From Candidatus Bathyarchaeia archaeon (GTDB taxonomy: Archaea; Thermoproteota; Bathyarchaeia; Bathyarchaeales; DTEX01): a stretch of DNA of 64,000 nt. Positions 28,653 to 37,343 of the stretch are shown piece by piece. The stretch is taken from contig JAVZNR010000001.1 of NCBI GenBank assembly GCA_038882715.1, positions 179,668 through 243,667 of the forward strand, written 5' to 3'. Position 1 is the stretch's first letter. The number at the start of each line of letters is the position of its first letter. The notes beneath the pieces are model-generated. The model had not been told where the DNA came from. It was given only the letters and a program-made list of their open reading frames with translations, and did not search any database. The translations under genes and the position numbers were made by a program.

Positions 28653-28976
28653 ATGAGGGTTAGAGTTCAAAGGATAGAGTCCGTTAGAGACCTAGAAGGG
28701 AATCTAGGCAAACGCATAGAGCTTGTACAAGAGGAGACGACGCCGAGGTTTGCTATCAGGCCCATGAGCGAGGAGGCTAGAATGGTTCAAGATATGATTA
28801 AGGTTTTGCAGCAGCAAATCCCTCTCTTCAGCATTCAAACACAGATAAGCATGCCTAAAATAATACTGTTTCTAACAGAGCGCGAATATGAGGATTTAGG
28901 CGTCGACTTCGATGTTAACCAAGTATATGATGTTGAGCTATCCGATCAAACCATAAAGTTTAGGAAAGTGCAATAA
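28653..28976 (+). CDS. Hypothetical protein
   Basis: 107-aa ORF in a compact gene context. No motif recognised. Confidence 0.35.
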   Translation: MRVRVQRIESVRDLEGNLGKRIELVQEETTPRFAIRPMSEEARMVQDMIKVLQQQIPLFSIQTQISMPKIILFLTEREYEDLGVDFDVNQVYDVELSDQTIKFRKVQ

Positions 28977-29033
28977 TACATTTCAGACAAGGAGGCGTTT
29001 AGCCTCCTAGACGGTAAAAGGGGCTGAGGTGAA

Positions 29034-29309
29034 GTGAAGATTAGAGCCCATGTCTTTATCAGCGGAAGGGTTCAAGGAGTCTTCTTTAGGCATGAGACCC
29101 GCTTAAGAGCTATACGAAATAACGTCAGCGGATGGGTCCGTAATTTACCCGATGGAAGAGTTGAAGCTGTCTTTGAGGGGGAGAAAGAAAATGTTGAGGC
29201 TATGATAGAGTTTTGCCGAAGGGGGCCGCCCGGCGCCGTGGTTAAAGATGTGAAGGTCATATGGGAGAACCCGACGGGAGAGTTTAAGGGCTTTCAAATT
29301 CTATACTGA
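29034..29309 (+). CDS. acyP: Acylphosphatase
   Basis: ISGRVQGVFFR and GWVRNLPDGRVE motifs, 91 aa. Confidence 0.9.
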   Translation: MKIRAHVFISGRVQGVFFRHETRLRAIRNNVSGWVRNLPDGRVEAVFEGEKENVEAMIEFCRRGPPGAVVKDVKVIWENPTGEFKGFQILY

Positions 29310-29322
29310 CGCATTTAAACTT

Positions 29323-29344
29323 TTCCTTTTGCAACCAAAAGGAA
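29323..29344 (+). terminator. Perfect 9-bp hairpin (TTCCTTTTG-CAAC-CAAAAGGAA) overlapping a T-rich run, 14 nt after the acyP stop
   Basis: The inverted repeat is seen directly in the sequence. Its role as a terminator is inferred. Confidence 0.3.
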
Positions 29345-29411
29345 TATTAGTGATTGCGCACTTTATACTTAGCAGCAAGAGCCTTGTTCAATTAAGTAGG
29401 AGAAAAGAGAG

Positions 29412-29789
29412 TTGTCGGGGTGGGAAATATTGAGTGAAAGCTGGATACAGGCGTCCGAAAGATCTTTAGAGCAGATAAGAAGGTTTCTTGAAAGAAAAGA
29501 CATGGATAGACTTGAGATCGTTCAGTCAATGCGCTTCATCCTACTATCTCTGCATAGGAGCCTGCTTGGGTGGATGAACTGGGTTAACAACCCTGATATA
29601 ATGGTCGCGTTTAGTAAAGAAGAGCTAGCGGAAATGAACAGACGTTTAGGTGAGTTTGTCCAGGAATTCATAAAATACGATATCGAGGTGACGAAGCAGG
29701 GCGCTAGAAAAAGCGGGGTTGTCTTAGAGGCTAGACGAGAAGCTGAAGAGAGTTCTAGGAGAAGACCTGACGAAACATTCTACATCTAA
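29412..29789 (+). CDS. Hypothetical protein (small, helical)
   Basis: 125-aa ORF with a TTG start. No family confidently recognised. Confidence 0.35.
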   Translation: MSGWEILSESWIQASERSLEQIRRFLERKDMDRLEIVQSMRFILLSLHRSLLGWMNWVNNPDIMVAFSKEELAEMNRRLGEFVQEFIKYDIEVTKQGARKSGVVLEARREAEESSRRRPDETFYI

Positions 29790-29809
29790 ATAGAATTTAT
29801 CCTTATTTT

Positions 29810-30187
29810 CTAGCTCTTCCTTGAGACTCTGAAATGAGAGTTTTTACCGTGGCTGACATACTCCCCTTTAAGATGATCGCGCACTATTGAGGCAACCCTT
29901 GCAAAATTTTCTGAACCAAGGTACTGCCTAGGTTTAATGATTATATAGTCGTCCGTAACCTCAAACAGTAGCAAACCCAGTAAGTCTTGCGGAAAAAACC
30001 TTTGAATATCATCGATAGATCTTATCTTAGAGACTTGACCAGCAGATGTTTCCTCGCCATATGAATTAACGTATGCTTTTAGAGTTTTCGTGATCTCCGC
30101 TAGATCCTCAGAAATTATTTTTAAAACCCTTGTTAAGTCATCTAAACGCTTAAGAATTTCTTTAACGTCAATCTCACTGTCACTCAT
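29810..30187 (-). CDS. Hypothetical protein
   Basis: 125-aa ORF. No motif recognised. Confidence 0.35.
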   Translation of the reverse strand: MSDSEIDVKEILKRLDDLTRVLKIISEDLAEITKTLKAYVNSYGEETSAGQVSKIRSIDDIQRFFPQDLLGLLLFEVTDDYIIIKPRQYLGSENFARVASIVRDHLKGEYVSHGKNSHFRVSRKS

Positions 30188-30401
30188 GCATTAATCGCCC
30201 TCAATTGCAGATAAATGGGCAAATAAATGAGCTGTTATTTCAATGCCTCTATCACCTTCAAAATATTTAACAATTTCTTAAAGTGTTCTGAGATATTGAG
30301 ATTACAATTTTTGGGAAACTGCAAAAACCGAGTTAAATTTAATTCTCTTTGGAGCTTTATTTATCTCATCTTAACAATCAATTAGATCAGAGGATGCTGG
30401 A

Positions 30402-31436
30402 ATGCTTGAGGTTGACGGCAGCCAGAAGAGCGGTAGCGGCACAATACTACGTCTGTCAATTGCGTTAGCCAGCATACTGGGCGAGCCGCTGCATATCTAT
30501 AATATTAGGAAGAAGCGCAGCGAGCCTGGCCTTAGACCGCAGCATCTTGAGTCCGTCTTAACGGCGGCTAAGCTGTGTAACGCCGAGGTTGAGGGCGCAT
30601 ATGTTGGCTCCCAAGAGCTCTGGTTCAAACCTAGAGAAATATCTGGTGGGGATTTAACCGCTGAAATAGGGACGGCTGGCAGCATATCGATGCTGATAAT
30701 GACTGTTCTGCCCATATGTGCATTCGCTAAAAAGCCAGTTTCGCTCAGGATTTCTAAAGGGGGGACAGATGTCCGCCATTCGCCAACCATAAATTACCTG
30801 ATAAACGTTTACCTTAAAATACTTGAGAGAATGGGGTTAAAGGCTCAGATAGAGGTTAAGAAATATGGGTATTATCCTAAAGGCATGGGTGAAGTTATAT
30901 TAAGGGTTCAGCCGTGCAGGGAACTTAAGCCTATAAGGCTTGAAGAGTTCGGTGAAATAGAAGACGTTAGGGGAGTATCAGTATGCACATTTTTAGCTGA
31001 CAGAAAGGTTGCGGAGAGGCAGGCTAAGGAGGCTGAGAGGCTGCTGCAGACAAGAGGATTAGCTCCTAAAATTCAAATAATAAACGATTTTTCAAATCCG
31101 TTACAGAAGGGTAGCTCGCTAGTTCTATGGATTGAAACAGATAAGGGCGCGCTCCTAGGAAGCGATTCCATAGGCGAGATTGGAAAAACTAGCGAAACAG
31201 TAGCCCAAGAAGCTGTTAAAGGATTACTTGAAGAAATTGATGCTAAGGCGACTGTCGACGTTCATATGGCCGACATGCTTATACCATATGTTGCTTTAGC
31301 CAAAGGAGAATCGGTTTACCTAGCAAGAATAATTACAGATCATCTCGAGTCTAACATATGGCTTGCTGAGGAAATTTTAGGCGTAAAATTTCACATAGAG
31401 AAAGCGAATGGGTTATACAAGATCTCGAAAATCTAA
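30402..31436 (+). CDS. rtcA: RNA 3'-terminal phosphate cyclase
   Basis: GSGTILRLSIALA N-terminal motif and DVHMADML (catalytic His region), 344 aa. Confidence 0.85.
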   Translation: MLEVDGSQKSGSGTILRLSIALASILGEPLHIYNIRKKRSEPGLRPQHLESVLTAAKLCNAEVEGAYVGSQELWFKPREISGGDLTAEIGTAGSISMLIMTVLPICAFAKKPVSLRISKGGTDVRHSPTINYLINVYLKILERMGLKAQIEVKKYGYYPKGMGEVILRVQPCRELKPIRLEEFGEIEDVRGVSVCTFLADRKVAERQAKEAERLLQTRGLAPKIQIINDFSNPLQKGSSLVLWIETDKGALLGSDSIGEIGKTSETVAQEAVKGLLEEIDAKATVDVHMADMLIPYVALAKGESVYLARIITDHLESNIWLAEEILGVKFHIEKANGLYKISKI

Positions 31437-31454
31437 CCATGTAGGTTAAACGGG

Positions 31455-32564
31455 ATGGTTCCAATGTTCAAGGTGAAGGTGAGAGGAATATACAGCACAG
31501 CGCTGACGCAAATACTGCTTAAAAACGGTTTTAAGATAGTTCAGCCATCAGCGACAATAAGGGAAAGGTTCAATCTATCTCCATCCCCAGAAGATTGCAG
31601 CCAGCCAGATCTAGAAATAAACGATAGGTTTGATAAGCAGGGCATCAGCATTATCGGTGATTCTGCGGCAGCTGAGAAACTCATAACAGTATTACTTAAT
31701 TCTCTCGACGATGTGATAATTAGACGACGCTCAATCTTCACACCGATACCTCCCAATAATTCTAGTGAATCTTACGGCCTAACTGAAGTTTTAAGCGAGG
31801 CGCTAATGGAGGCTTATTCGTCTACCCCCCACCAAACTGTACGTATAGATGTAGAGTTTCCGGGGCTCTCAAAGAAGAAGCTTGATGAAATTAGGGGCGC
31901 TATTGTTCCTACATTGAGCGGGCACCACTACTATAAGGCGTATGGTGGTAAGGCTGCAGCCATAGTGGAGATGGCTGAGAAGATGCTTGAGAAAGGTTAC
32001 TCATATAGAGATGTCGAGGAACTGTTTAGAGAGTGTATGCTGCGGGAATACCCATATAAGGGGTCAAAGCTCAGCATAGAGCATGTAAAGATTAGCGGCA
32101 GAGTGTTCCATCTGGGTGAGGCTCGAATAGCGGAGTTTAGCGAAGAAGATCAGCGTATCAGCCTTGTAAGGATTTTCTCGACGCAGGGGATTTATGATGG
32201 GCTTAAAGTCCCTAAGGAGCCTGGGGACTACGCTATTTCAAGAATGAAGATTGGCGGATTATTCTTCAAAACATCTTATTTCTCCAGAGATGGCGAATAT
32301 AAGGGAACATACGTGAACATAAACACTCCAATCGAGATTTATCCAGGTAAAATCAGGTATATTGATTTAGAAGTAGATGTATGCATGTGGCCTGATGGAA
32401 GAATTCAAAAAATAGACTTTGAGAAACTTGAGAAAGCTGTGCAGATGGGCTATATATCGGAAAGGTTAAAAGAGATTGCTTCTAGTGCTGTTGAGGAAGC
32501 TATCGCCAACTTAAACCCGCAGGAAGAGAAGGAAGTAAAATTTGTTTTAAGTGATGGACGGTAA
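31455..32564 (+). CDS. FAU-1 / archaeal RNase E/G-like RNA-binding protein (DUF402 C-terminal domain)
   Basis: N-terminal VKVRGIYSTALTQILLKNGF is typical of FAU-1. The C-terminal YVNINTP...YIDLEVDV is DUF402-like. Confidence 0.7.
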   Translation: MVPMFKVKVRGIYSTALTQILLKNGFKIVQPSATIRERFNLSPSPEDCSQPDLEINDRFDKQGISIIGDSAAAEKLITVLLNSLDDVIIRRRSIFTPIPPNNSSESYGLTEVLSEALMEAYSSTPHQTVRIDVEFPGLSKKKLDEIRGAIVPTLSGHHYYKAYGGKAAAIVEMAEKMLEKGYSYRDVEELFRECMLREYPYKGSKLSIEHVKISGRVFHLGEARIAEFSEEDQRISLVRIFSTQGIYDGLKVPKEPGDYAISRMKIGGLFFKTSYFSRDGEYKGTYVNINTPIEIYPGKIRYIDLEVDVCMWPDGRIQKIDFEKLEKAVQMGYISERLKEIASSAVEEAIANLNPQEEKEVKFVLSDGR

Positions 32565-32644
32565 ACTAAGAAGAATATTTGGAAAGTTTATGAATAAAAG
32601 ATATATTTCAGAGTTTCTCACTTATCTCTTGGTGATATAGAGAC

Positions 32645-33619
32645 ATGAGTGCTCTTAAGCTGAAGCTCGCAATGCTTGCAACCCTAGCCGCAATAATAGG
32701 TTTATCTACTCTCGCCATTACAATAGTGCTCTCGCTGCTTGGAGTACTAAATATCTTAACTCTAGGCATATTCGTAATCTTCATAAACGTGTTGCAGTGG
32801 TTAATCGCACCATACATAATTGACGCAATATACAGGACCAGAAAAGTCTCTAGGACAGAGGAGCCAGAGCTCTATGAAATTGTAGAGAGACTGAGCGCCA
32901 GAAGCGGTATAAAGACGCCGGAACTGAGAATAGCCAATATTCCGATACCTAACGCCTTCGCGTACGGTTCACCTTTAACTGGTAATAGGGTAGCGGTTAC
33001 AACGGGTCTACTTAATACGCTTAACTTAGATGAGATTGAAGCAGTTGTAGGCCATGAAATAGGGCATTTAAAGCACCGTGACGTTCAAGTTATGATGTTC
33101 GTCTCTTTGCTACCAGCAATATTCTACTATATCGGGTATTCCCTAATGTGGTCATCAATGTATTACAGTGGTAGACGAGATAGAGGAGGAAACGGCGGAT
33201 TACTGGCTCTTATAGGGGTACTCAGCATAGCCGTCTACTGGATTCTAACGCTCTTCACGCTGTACCTAAGTAGGCTGAGAGAGTATTATGCTGACAGACA
33301 TAGCGCTACAGTTATACCAGGAGGCGCGAGAAAACTCGCCTTAGGCCTAATTAAAATAGTTGAGTCAACAACAAGGACGCGTAGAAGATATGGCAACATG
33401 GGAAACCTAAGCTCGTTTAGAGCATTGTTCATCTCGGATCCAGAAAGCTCTGAAAAAGATTTAATAGCGCTCTCAAGAACCGGTGTGCTGAGAGGTGAAA
33501 GCGACATAATATCTGAGTACACTAGACGTAAAGTCACATTTGCGGAGCAGTTAGCCGAACTCTTCTCAACCCATCCAAACATGGTTAAAAGACTGAGAGC
33601 ATTACAGGAATTAATGTAG
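32645..33619 (+). CDS. htpX: HtpX-like M48 zinc metalloprotease
   Basis: HEIGHLKHRD motif, 4 TM helices and a C-terminal THPNMVKR motif. Confidence 0.85.
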   Translation: MSALKLKLAMLATLAAIIGLSTLAITIVLSLLGVLNILTLGIFVIFINVLQWLIAPYIIDAIYRTRKVSRTEEPELYEIVERLSARSGIKTPELRIANIPIPNAFAYGSPLTGNRVAVTTGLLNTLNLDEIEAVVGHEIGHLKHRDVQVMMFVSLLPAIFYYIGYSLMWSSMYYSGRRDRGGNGGLLALIGVLSIAVYWILTLFTLYLSRLREYYADRHSATVIPGGARKLALGLIKIVESTTRTRRRYGNMGNLSSFRALFISDPESSEKDLIALSRTGVLRGESDIISEYTRRKVTFAEQLAELFSTHPNMVKRLRALQELM

Positions 33620-33685
33620 CGGTTTTCGGTTAGAGGACACCGAATCCGATTTTAGATTTTTATTTAGTATCTTTAAATCTTATTT

Positions 33686-34297
33686 TTGAGGATGAAAATG
33701 CGGTTAAATATAGAGTTTGAGGTCCCCTCTTGGGACGAGATCTACGAGATGCTGCTATGTTTGGCCGATATGATTAAAAGAGACTCGTTTAAGCCAGATC
33801 TTATTATTGGCATATCGCGTGGAGGATGGCCTCCGGCGAGAGTTATGTCAGATCTTCTTGGAAACGTTGAGTTAGCTAGTATCCGCGTCGAGTTTTATCG
33901 CGGGGTCGCTGAGACTGGAAGCGAACCCATTATAACTCAGCCCCTTTCAACGCCGGTGAGGGGAAAAAACGTTTTAATTATGGATGATGTTGCCGATACT
34001 GGGAAGAGCCTAAAAATTGTTTATTCTCATGTCGTGGAAAATGGTGCAAAAACTGTTAAAACAGCGACAATATATTATAAGCCTTGGAGCATATTCACCC
34101 CAGACTACTATGTTAAGGTTACGAGACGCTGGATAGTCTTTCCATGGGAGAGAAGGGAAACCGTGAAAAACCTAGTTGAGAAATGTGAGAGAAGCGGCAC
34201 ATCCATTGAGGAAGTGAAAAGGAAGCTAATTGATGGTGGAATGGATAAGCGCTTACTTGAGAGGTTCCTCAACGATGTTTTGGAGGAGATAAAATGA
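33686..34297 (+). CDS. Purine phosphoribosyltransferase (type I PRTase)
   Basis: PRPP-binding motif VLIMDDVADTGKSL, 203 aa. Confidence 0.75.
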   Translation: MRMKMRLNIEFEVPSWDEIYEMLLCLADMIKRDSFKPDLIIGISRGGWPPARVMSDLLGNVELASIRVEFYRGVAETGSEPIITQPLSTPVRGKNVLIMDDVADTGKSLKIVYSHVVENGAKTVKTATIYYKPWSIFTPDYYVKVTRRWIVFPWERRETVKNLVEKCERSGTSIEEVKRKLIDGGMDKRLLERFLNDVLEEIK

Positions 34298-34845
34298 GGG
34301 AAGCCGAAGTCTTCGGCAAATATCTGATGGTTGAGGGATTCAAAAATGCTAAAATTGAGAACGATCTTTTTAAGCTTATCGGATCTAGATCTAAGACTTC
34401 TCAGGTTCAAGTTTTAGACGCGGATTTGATTGCCGGATTTGAGCACATATATTTCGCTGTTTTAAATGCCCTAAAAGCCTTTAAATCCGGCATTAATATC
34501 TCTAAAAATCTGCCGATCGAAATTCTGCTGTTCGCTTCAGGCCAAGATCAAATTAAAAAAGCCATTGAAATCTTGGGCGTTAAACAAACCACAAAAAACA
34601 TTGCAGCCGTAATCATATCAGATAGCCGCGAGGAAGCTCTCTCCACGCTTAATGTGGTTTCAGGTATTGTTAACGGAGAGGCTGATCACAACATTATTGA
34701 GTTGAATGAGGAAAAAATACACGTCATAATCGACGCGTTCAAGATATCCCGCTGCGAGCTAGAGGCTTCGATGAGGGGTTCACTGGAGAGCGCCGTAAAA
34801 AATGTTTTAATTGAGCGGGCAGCTCTCCTAGTCACGCAGCGCTAG
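34294..34845 (+). CDS. cgi121: KEOPS complex subunit Cgi121
   Basis: Size and the motif FEHIYFAVLNALKAF...EILLFASGQDQIKKAIEILG resemble the Cgi121 family. ATGA overlap with the upstream gene. Confidence 0.6.
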   Translation: MREAEVFGKYLMVEGFKNAKIENDLFKLIGSRSKTSQVQVLDADLIAGFEHIYFAVLNALKAFKSGINISKNLPIEILLFASGQDQIKKAIEILGVKQTTKNIAAVIISDSREEALSTLNVVSGIVNGEADHNIIELNEEKIHVIIDAFKISRCELEASMRGSLESAVKNVLIERAALLVTQR

Positions 34846-34858
34846 TCCGCGAATAATG

Positions 34859-35392
34859 TTATAAGTGGGAGGGCTTCTCCTTAGTGACCGACAGTACATC
34901 CTTCGGCCTTATAACTGAAATCCCGGTTAATCTGCCGAGCACCTCAATAAGAATTATTTTATCCGGGTTACTTAGATCCACTTTTCTATTAAGGTTCTCT
35001 ACGGCGGCTTCAATTATATCTTTCGTCGGCATCTCTGTATGTCTCTTCTCAACAGTGACGCGGAAAGTCTCATCCTCCAAAATTTTATGGTGAAGGGAGG
35101 AGGCTGCCCTTCTTATCTCGTCAAGTCTCGTTCTCACGACGACCTCTATTGGCACAACCTTCAAAACATAGCGAAACTCCCAAGGCCTTTCCCTAAGAAT
35201 TCTCCTTAAACCCTCTATCACCTCGAAGGGGTTTAATTTTGTTTTAGCAACAACGAGCCCGGCAACCTCTGTCCTGTCAACCAAAGCCTCTCTGTCGCCT
35301 AGCTCGCCTAAAAGAAACCATATTTCAGAACAGGCATTATTCTCATTGCCCTTAGATGTTGAAATAAGTAAATTAAAGTCTTCCATAACCAT
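34859..35392 (-). CDS. THUMP domain RNA-binding protein
   Basis: Begins MVMEDFNLLISTSKGNE, as stand-alone archaeal THUMP proteins do. I prefer the internal Met start because the upstream 36 codons look like an AT-rich promoter. Confidence 0.6.
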   Translation of the reverse strand: MVMEDFNLLISTSKGNENNACSEIWFLLGELGDREALVDRTEVAGLVVAKTKLNPFEVIEGLRRILRERPWEFRYVLKVVPIEVVVRTRLDEIRRAASSLHHKILEDETFRVTVEKRHTEMPTKDIIEAAVENLNRKVDLSNPDKIILIEVLGRLTGISVIRPKDVLSVTKEKPSHL

Positions 35393-35502
35393 GGATATCC
35401 CCAAAAATAATATTTGAAGCCCACATATATTTGGGCATCGCTCAAAATCAAAAAGTAATGAAGCCTTTAGTCTCTCTGCTAGGTTAAAATCCCTCAGCAA
35501 CG

Positions 35503-36489
35503 TTATCGTTTAAAGACGACCCCTTTCTGCTCCGGCACCGGGTTTGGAGGCGGGTTCCCCATTAATACGGCGCGAACGTTTTCTATGCACATTAGCGCCA
35601 TTTTTCTTCGAGTCTCAACCGTGTATGTTCCGATGTGTGGTGCTAGAACAACGTTTTTCATATTTATAAGCGGGCTATCAAGGGGAAGAGGCTCCCTTAC
35701 AAATACATCGAGCCCGGCGCCAGCTATCCAACCTTCTCTGAGGGCCTTACATAGAGCTTCTTCATCTATAACAGCGCCCCTCGAAGTATTTATTATGTAA
35801 GCTGTAGGCTTCATTAACCTCAATTCTTTTTCGCCTATAAGGTTTCTTGTTTGATGGGTTAACGGAACATGTATTGTTACAAAGTCGGATTCCTTTAGCA
35901 GAGTCTCCAAGTCGACGTAGTGCGCGCTCAACGTTTTTTCAGCCTCATGCTTCCTCTCTACATCATAGTAGATCAACCTCATGCCAAAGGCTTTCGCCCT
36001 AACAGCAACCTCATACCCTATTCTACCTAAACCAATTATCCCAAGAGTTTTGCCGTAGAGATCCACGCCCATCTCCAGCCTAGATCTCTTAGGGCTCGCC
36101 CACATCGTTCTCACATAGCTGTCTGCCTCTATGAGCCTCCTTGAAAGGCAGAGCATTAAGCCAAGTGTGAGCTCAGCAACGGCGTGCGATAGGATCCCGG
36201 GTGTATGCGTCACGTAAATACCCCTTCTAGTGCATGCATTAACGTCAACGTTATCGTAGCCTACGCCGTATCTAGCAATAATTTTTAGCTTCGGAAAATT
36301 ATCGAGAACCTCATCATTTATTGGTTCAAGGCCAAGTATCATTGCTTCGGAGTCCCTTATTTCGCTTGGAATCTCTTTTGAGCTTCTAAATGTGCTGAAT
36401 ATTACTTCCGCTATATCGGAAAGCTCCTCTTCAAGCAATCCCGGATTGTCGCCCCTTACACCCGGCGAAACCATAACCTTCGGCTTCAA
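35503..36489 (-). CDS. D-isomer-specific 2-hydroxyacid dehydrogenase (glyoxylate reductase / PGDH-like)
   Basis: GIIGLGRIG NAD-binding motif and an RG...H catalytic pattern, 328 aa. Confidence 0.85.
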   Translation of the reverse strand: MKPKVMVSPGVRGDNPGLLEEELSDIAEVIFSTFRSSKEIPSEIRDSEAMILGLEPINDEVLDNFPKLKIIARYGVGYDNVDVNACTRRGIYVTHTPGILSHAVAELTLGLMLCLSRRLIEADSYVRTMWASPKRSRLEMGVDLYGKTLGIIGLGRIGYEVAVRAKAFGMRLIYYDVERKHEAEKTLSAHYVDLETLLKESDFVTIHVPLTHQTRNLIGEKELRLMKPTAYIINTSRGAVIDEEALCKALREGWIAGAGLDVFVREPLPLDSPLINMKNVVLAPHIGTYTVETRRKMALMCIENVRAVLMGNPPPNPVPEQKGVVFKR

Positions 36490-36558
36490 TTTTACACCCC
36501 TCTTTCGGGCTTAACCGTTAATTAAAATATTAGAGTGAAATAAAAGGGGAATAAAGCA

Positions 36559-36644
36559 TTTTTGGTCAGCGGAGGTTAGTTAACAGGGCATCATAGCCCC
36601 TGTAGAACAAGGGCTCCGAGCCGTCGCCACACATCATTCCAAAA
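36559..36644 (-). ncRNA. Candidate box C/D sRNA (k-turn RNA)
   Basis: Minus strand, 5' to 3': UUUUGG-A, then AUGAUGU (box C), a 12-nt guide, CGGA (D'-like), the hairpin GCCC-loop-GGGC, then AUGAUGC (C'), 18 nt, CUGA (box D), and CCAAAA. The 6-bp terminal stem brackets boxes C and D. Confidence 0.45.
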
Positions 36645-36758
36645 TATCTTCATCCATCAAACTATTTAATCTTATCCATCCCTTAAAATCTTTAAGAAAA
36701 GATTAATTGCCGATCAATCTTAAAAGTAGATTAGCATTAACAGTGGGGTTAAATCCAA

Positions 36759-37223
36759 ATGTCTTTAGACGAGTACTTTAGGAAGAGGGATTTCAGTAAG
36801 ACCCCTGAGCCGCATGGCAGATTGGATGATAAGCGGTTACATGAAGGCGGCAGGGAGGGAAGAATATATGTTATTCAAAAGCATGACGCTAGCCATTTAC
36901 ATTATGACCTCAGGCTTGAAAAAGACGGGGTATTGAAAAGTTGGGCTATACCTAAAGAACCGCCGACAATTAAAGGCGTTAAGAGGCTAGCTGTTCAAAC
37001 TGAAGACCATCCAATTGAGTACGCTGATTTTGAGGGAATTATTCCAGAAGGCGAGTATGGTGCTGGAAAAGTCGAGATATGGGATAGGGGAACATTCGAT
37101 GTTGAAGATTGGAGCGATGAAAAAATAGTGGTTCATATCCACGGAGAAAAGCTGAAAGGACGATACTGCTTAGTTAGATTTAAAAAACAGAAGGATGGAT
37201 GGCTTTTCTTTAAGGTCGGTTAA
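36759..37223 (+). CDS. Stand-alone LigD-type 3'-phosphoesterase (PE) domain protein
   Basis: The motif [32 protein letters not shown] is diagnostic of the LigD PE domain. Confidence 0.85.
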   Translation: MSLDEYFRKRDFSKTPEPHGRLDDKRLHEGGREGRIYVIQKHDASHLHYDLRLEKDGVLKSWAIPKEPPTIKGVKRLAVQTEDHPIEYADFEGIIPEGEYGAGKVEIWDRGTFDVEDWSDEKIVVHIHGEKLKGRYCLVRFKKQKDGWLFFKVG

Positions 37224-37343
37224 AGCCTCATCTAAAAAATATAAGGATAGTATTGTTTTTGATGCATGATAAGTTAGATGCCATTAACGCTGAGAAGCAG
37301 CGTCGCCTAGAAGCCAAGATAGCGTAGAGGAGACTAAAAGAAA

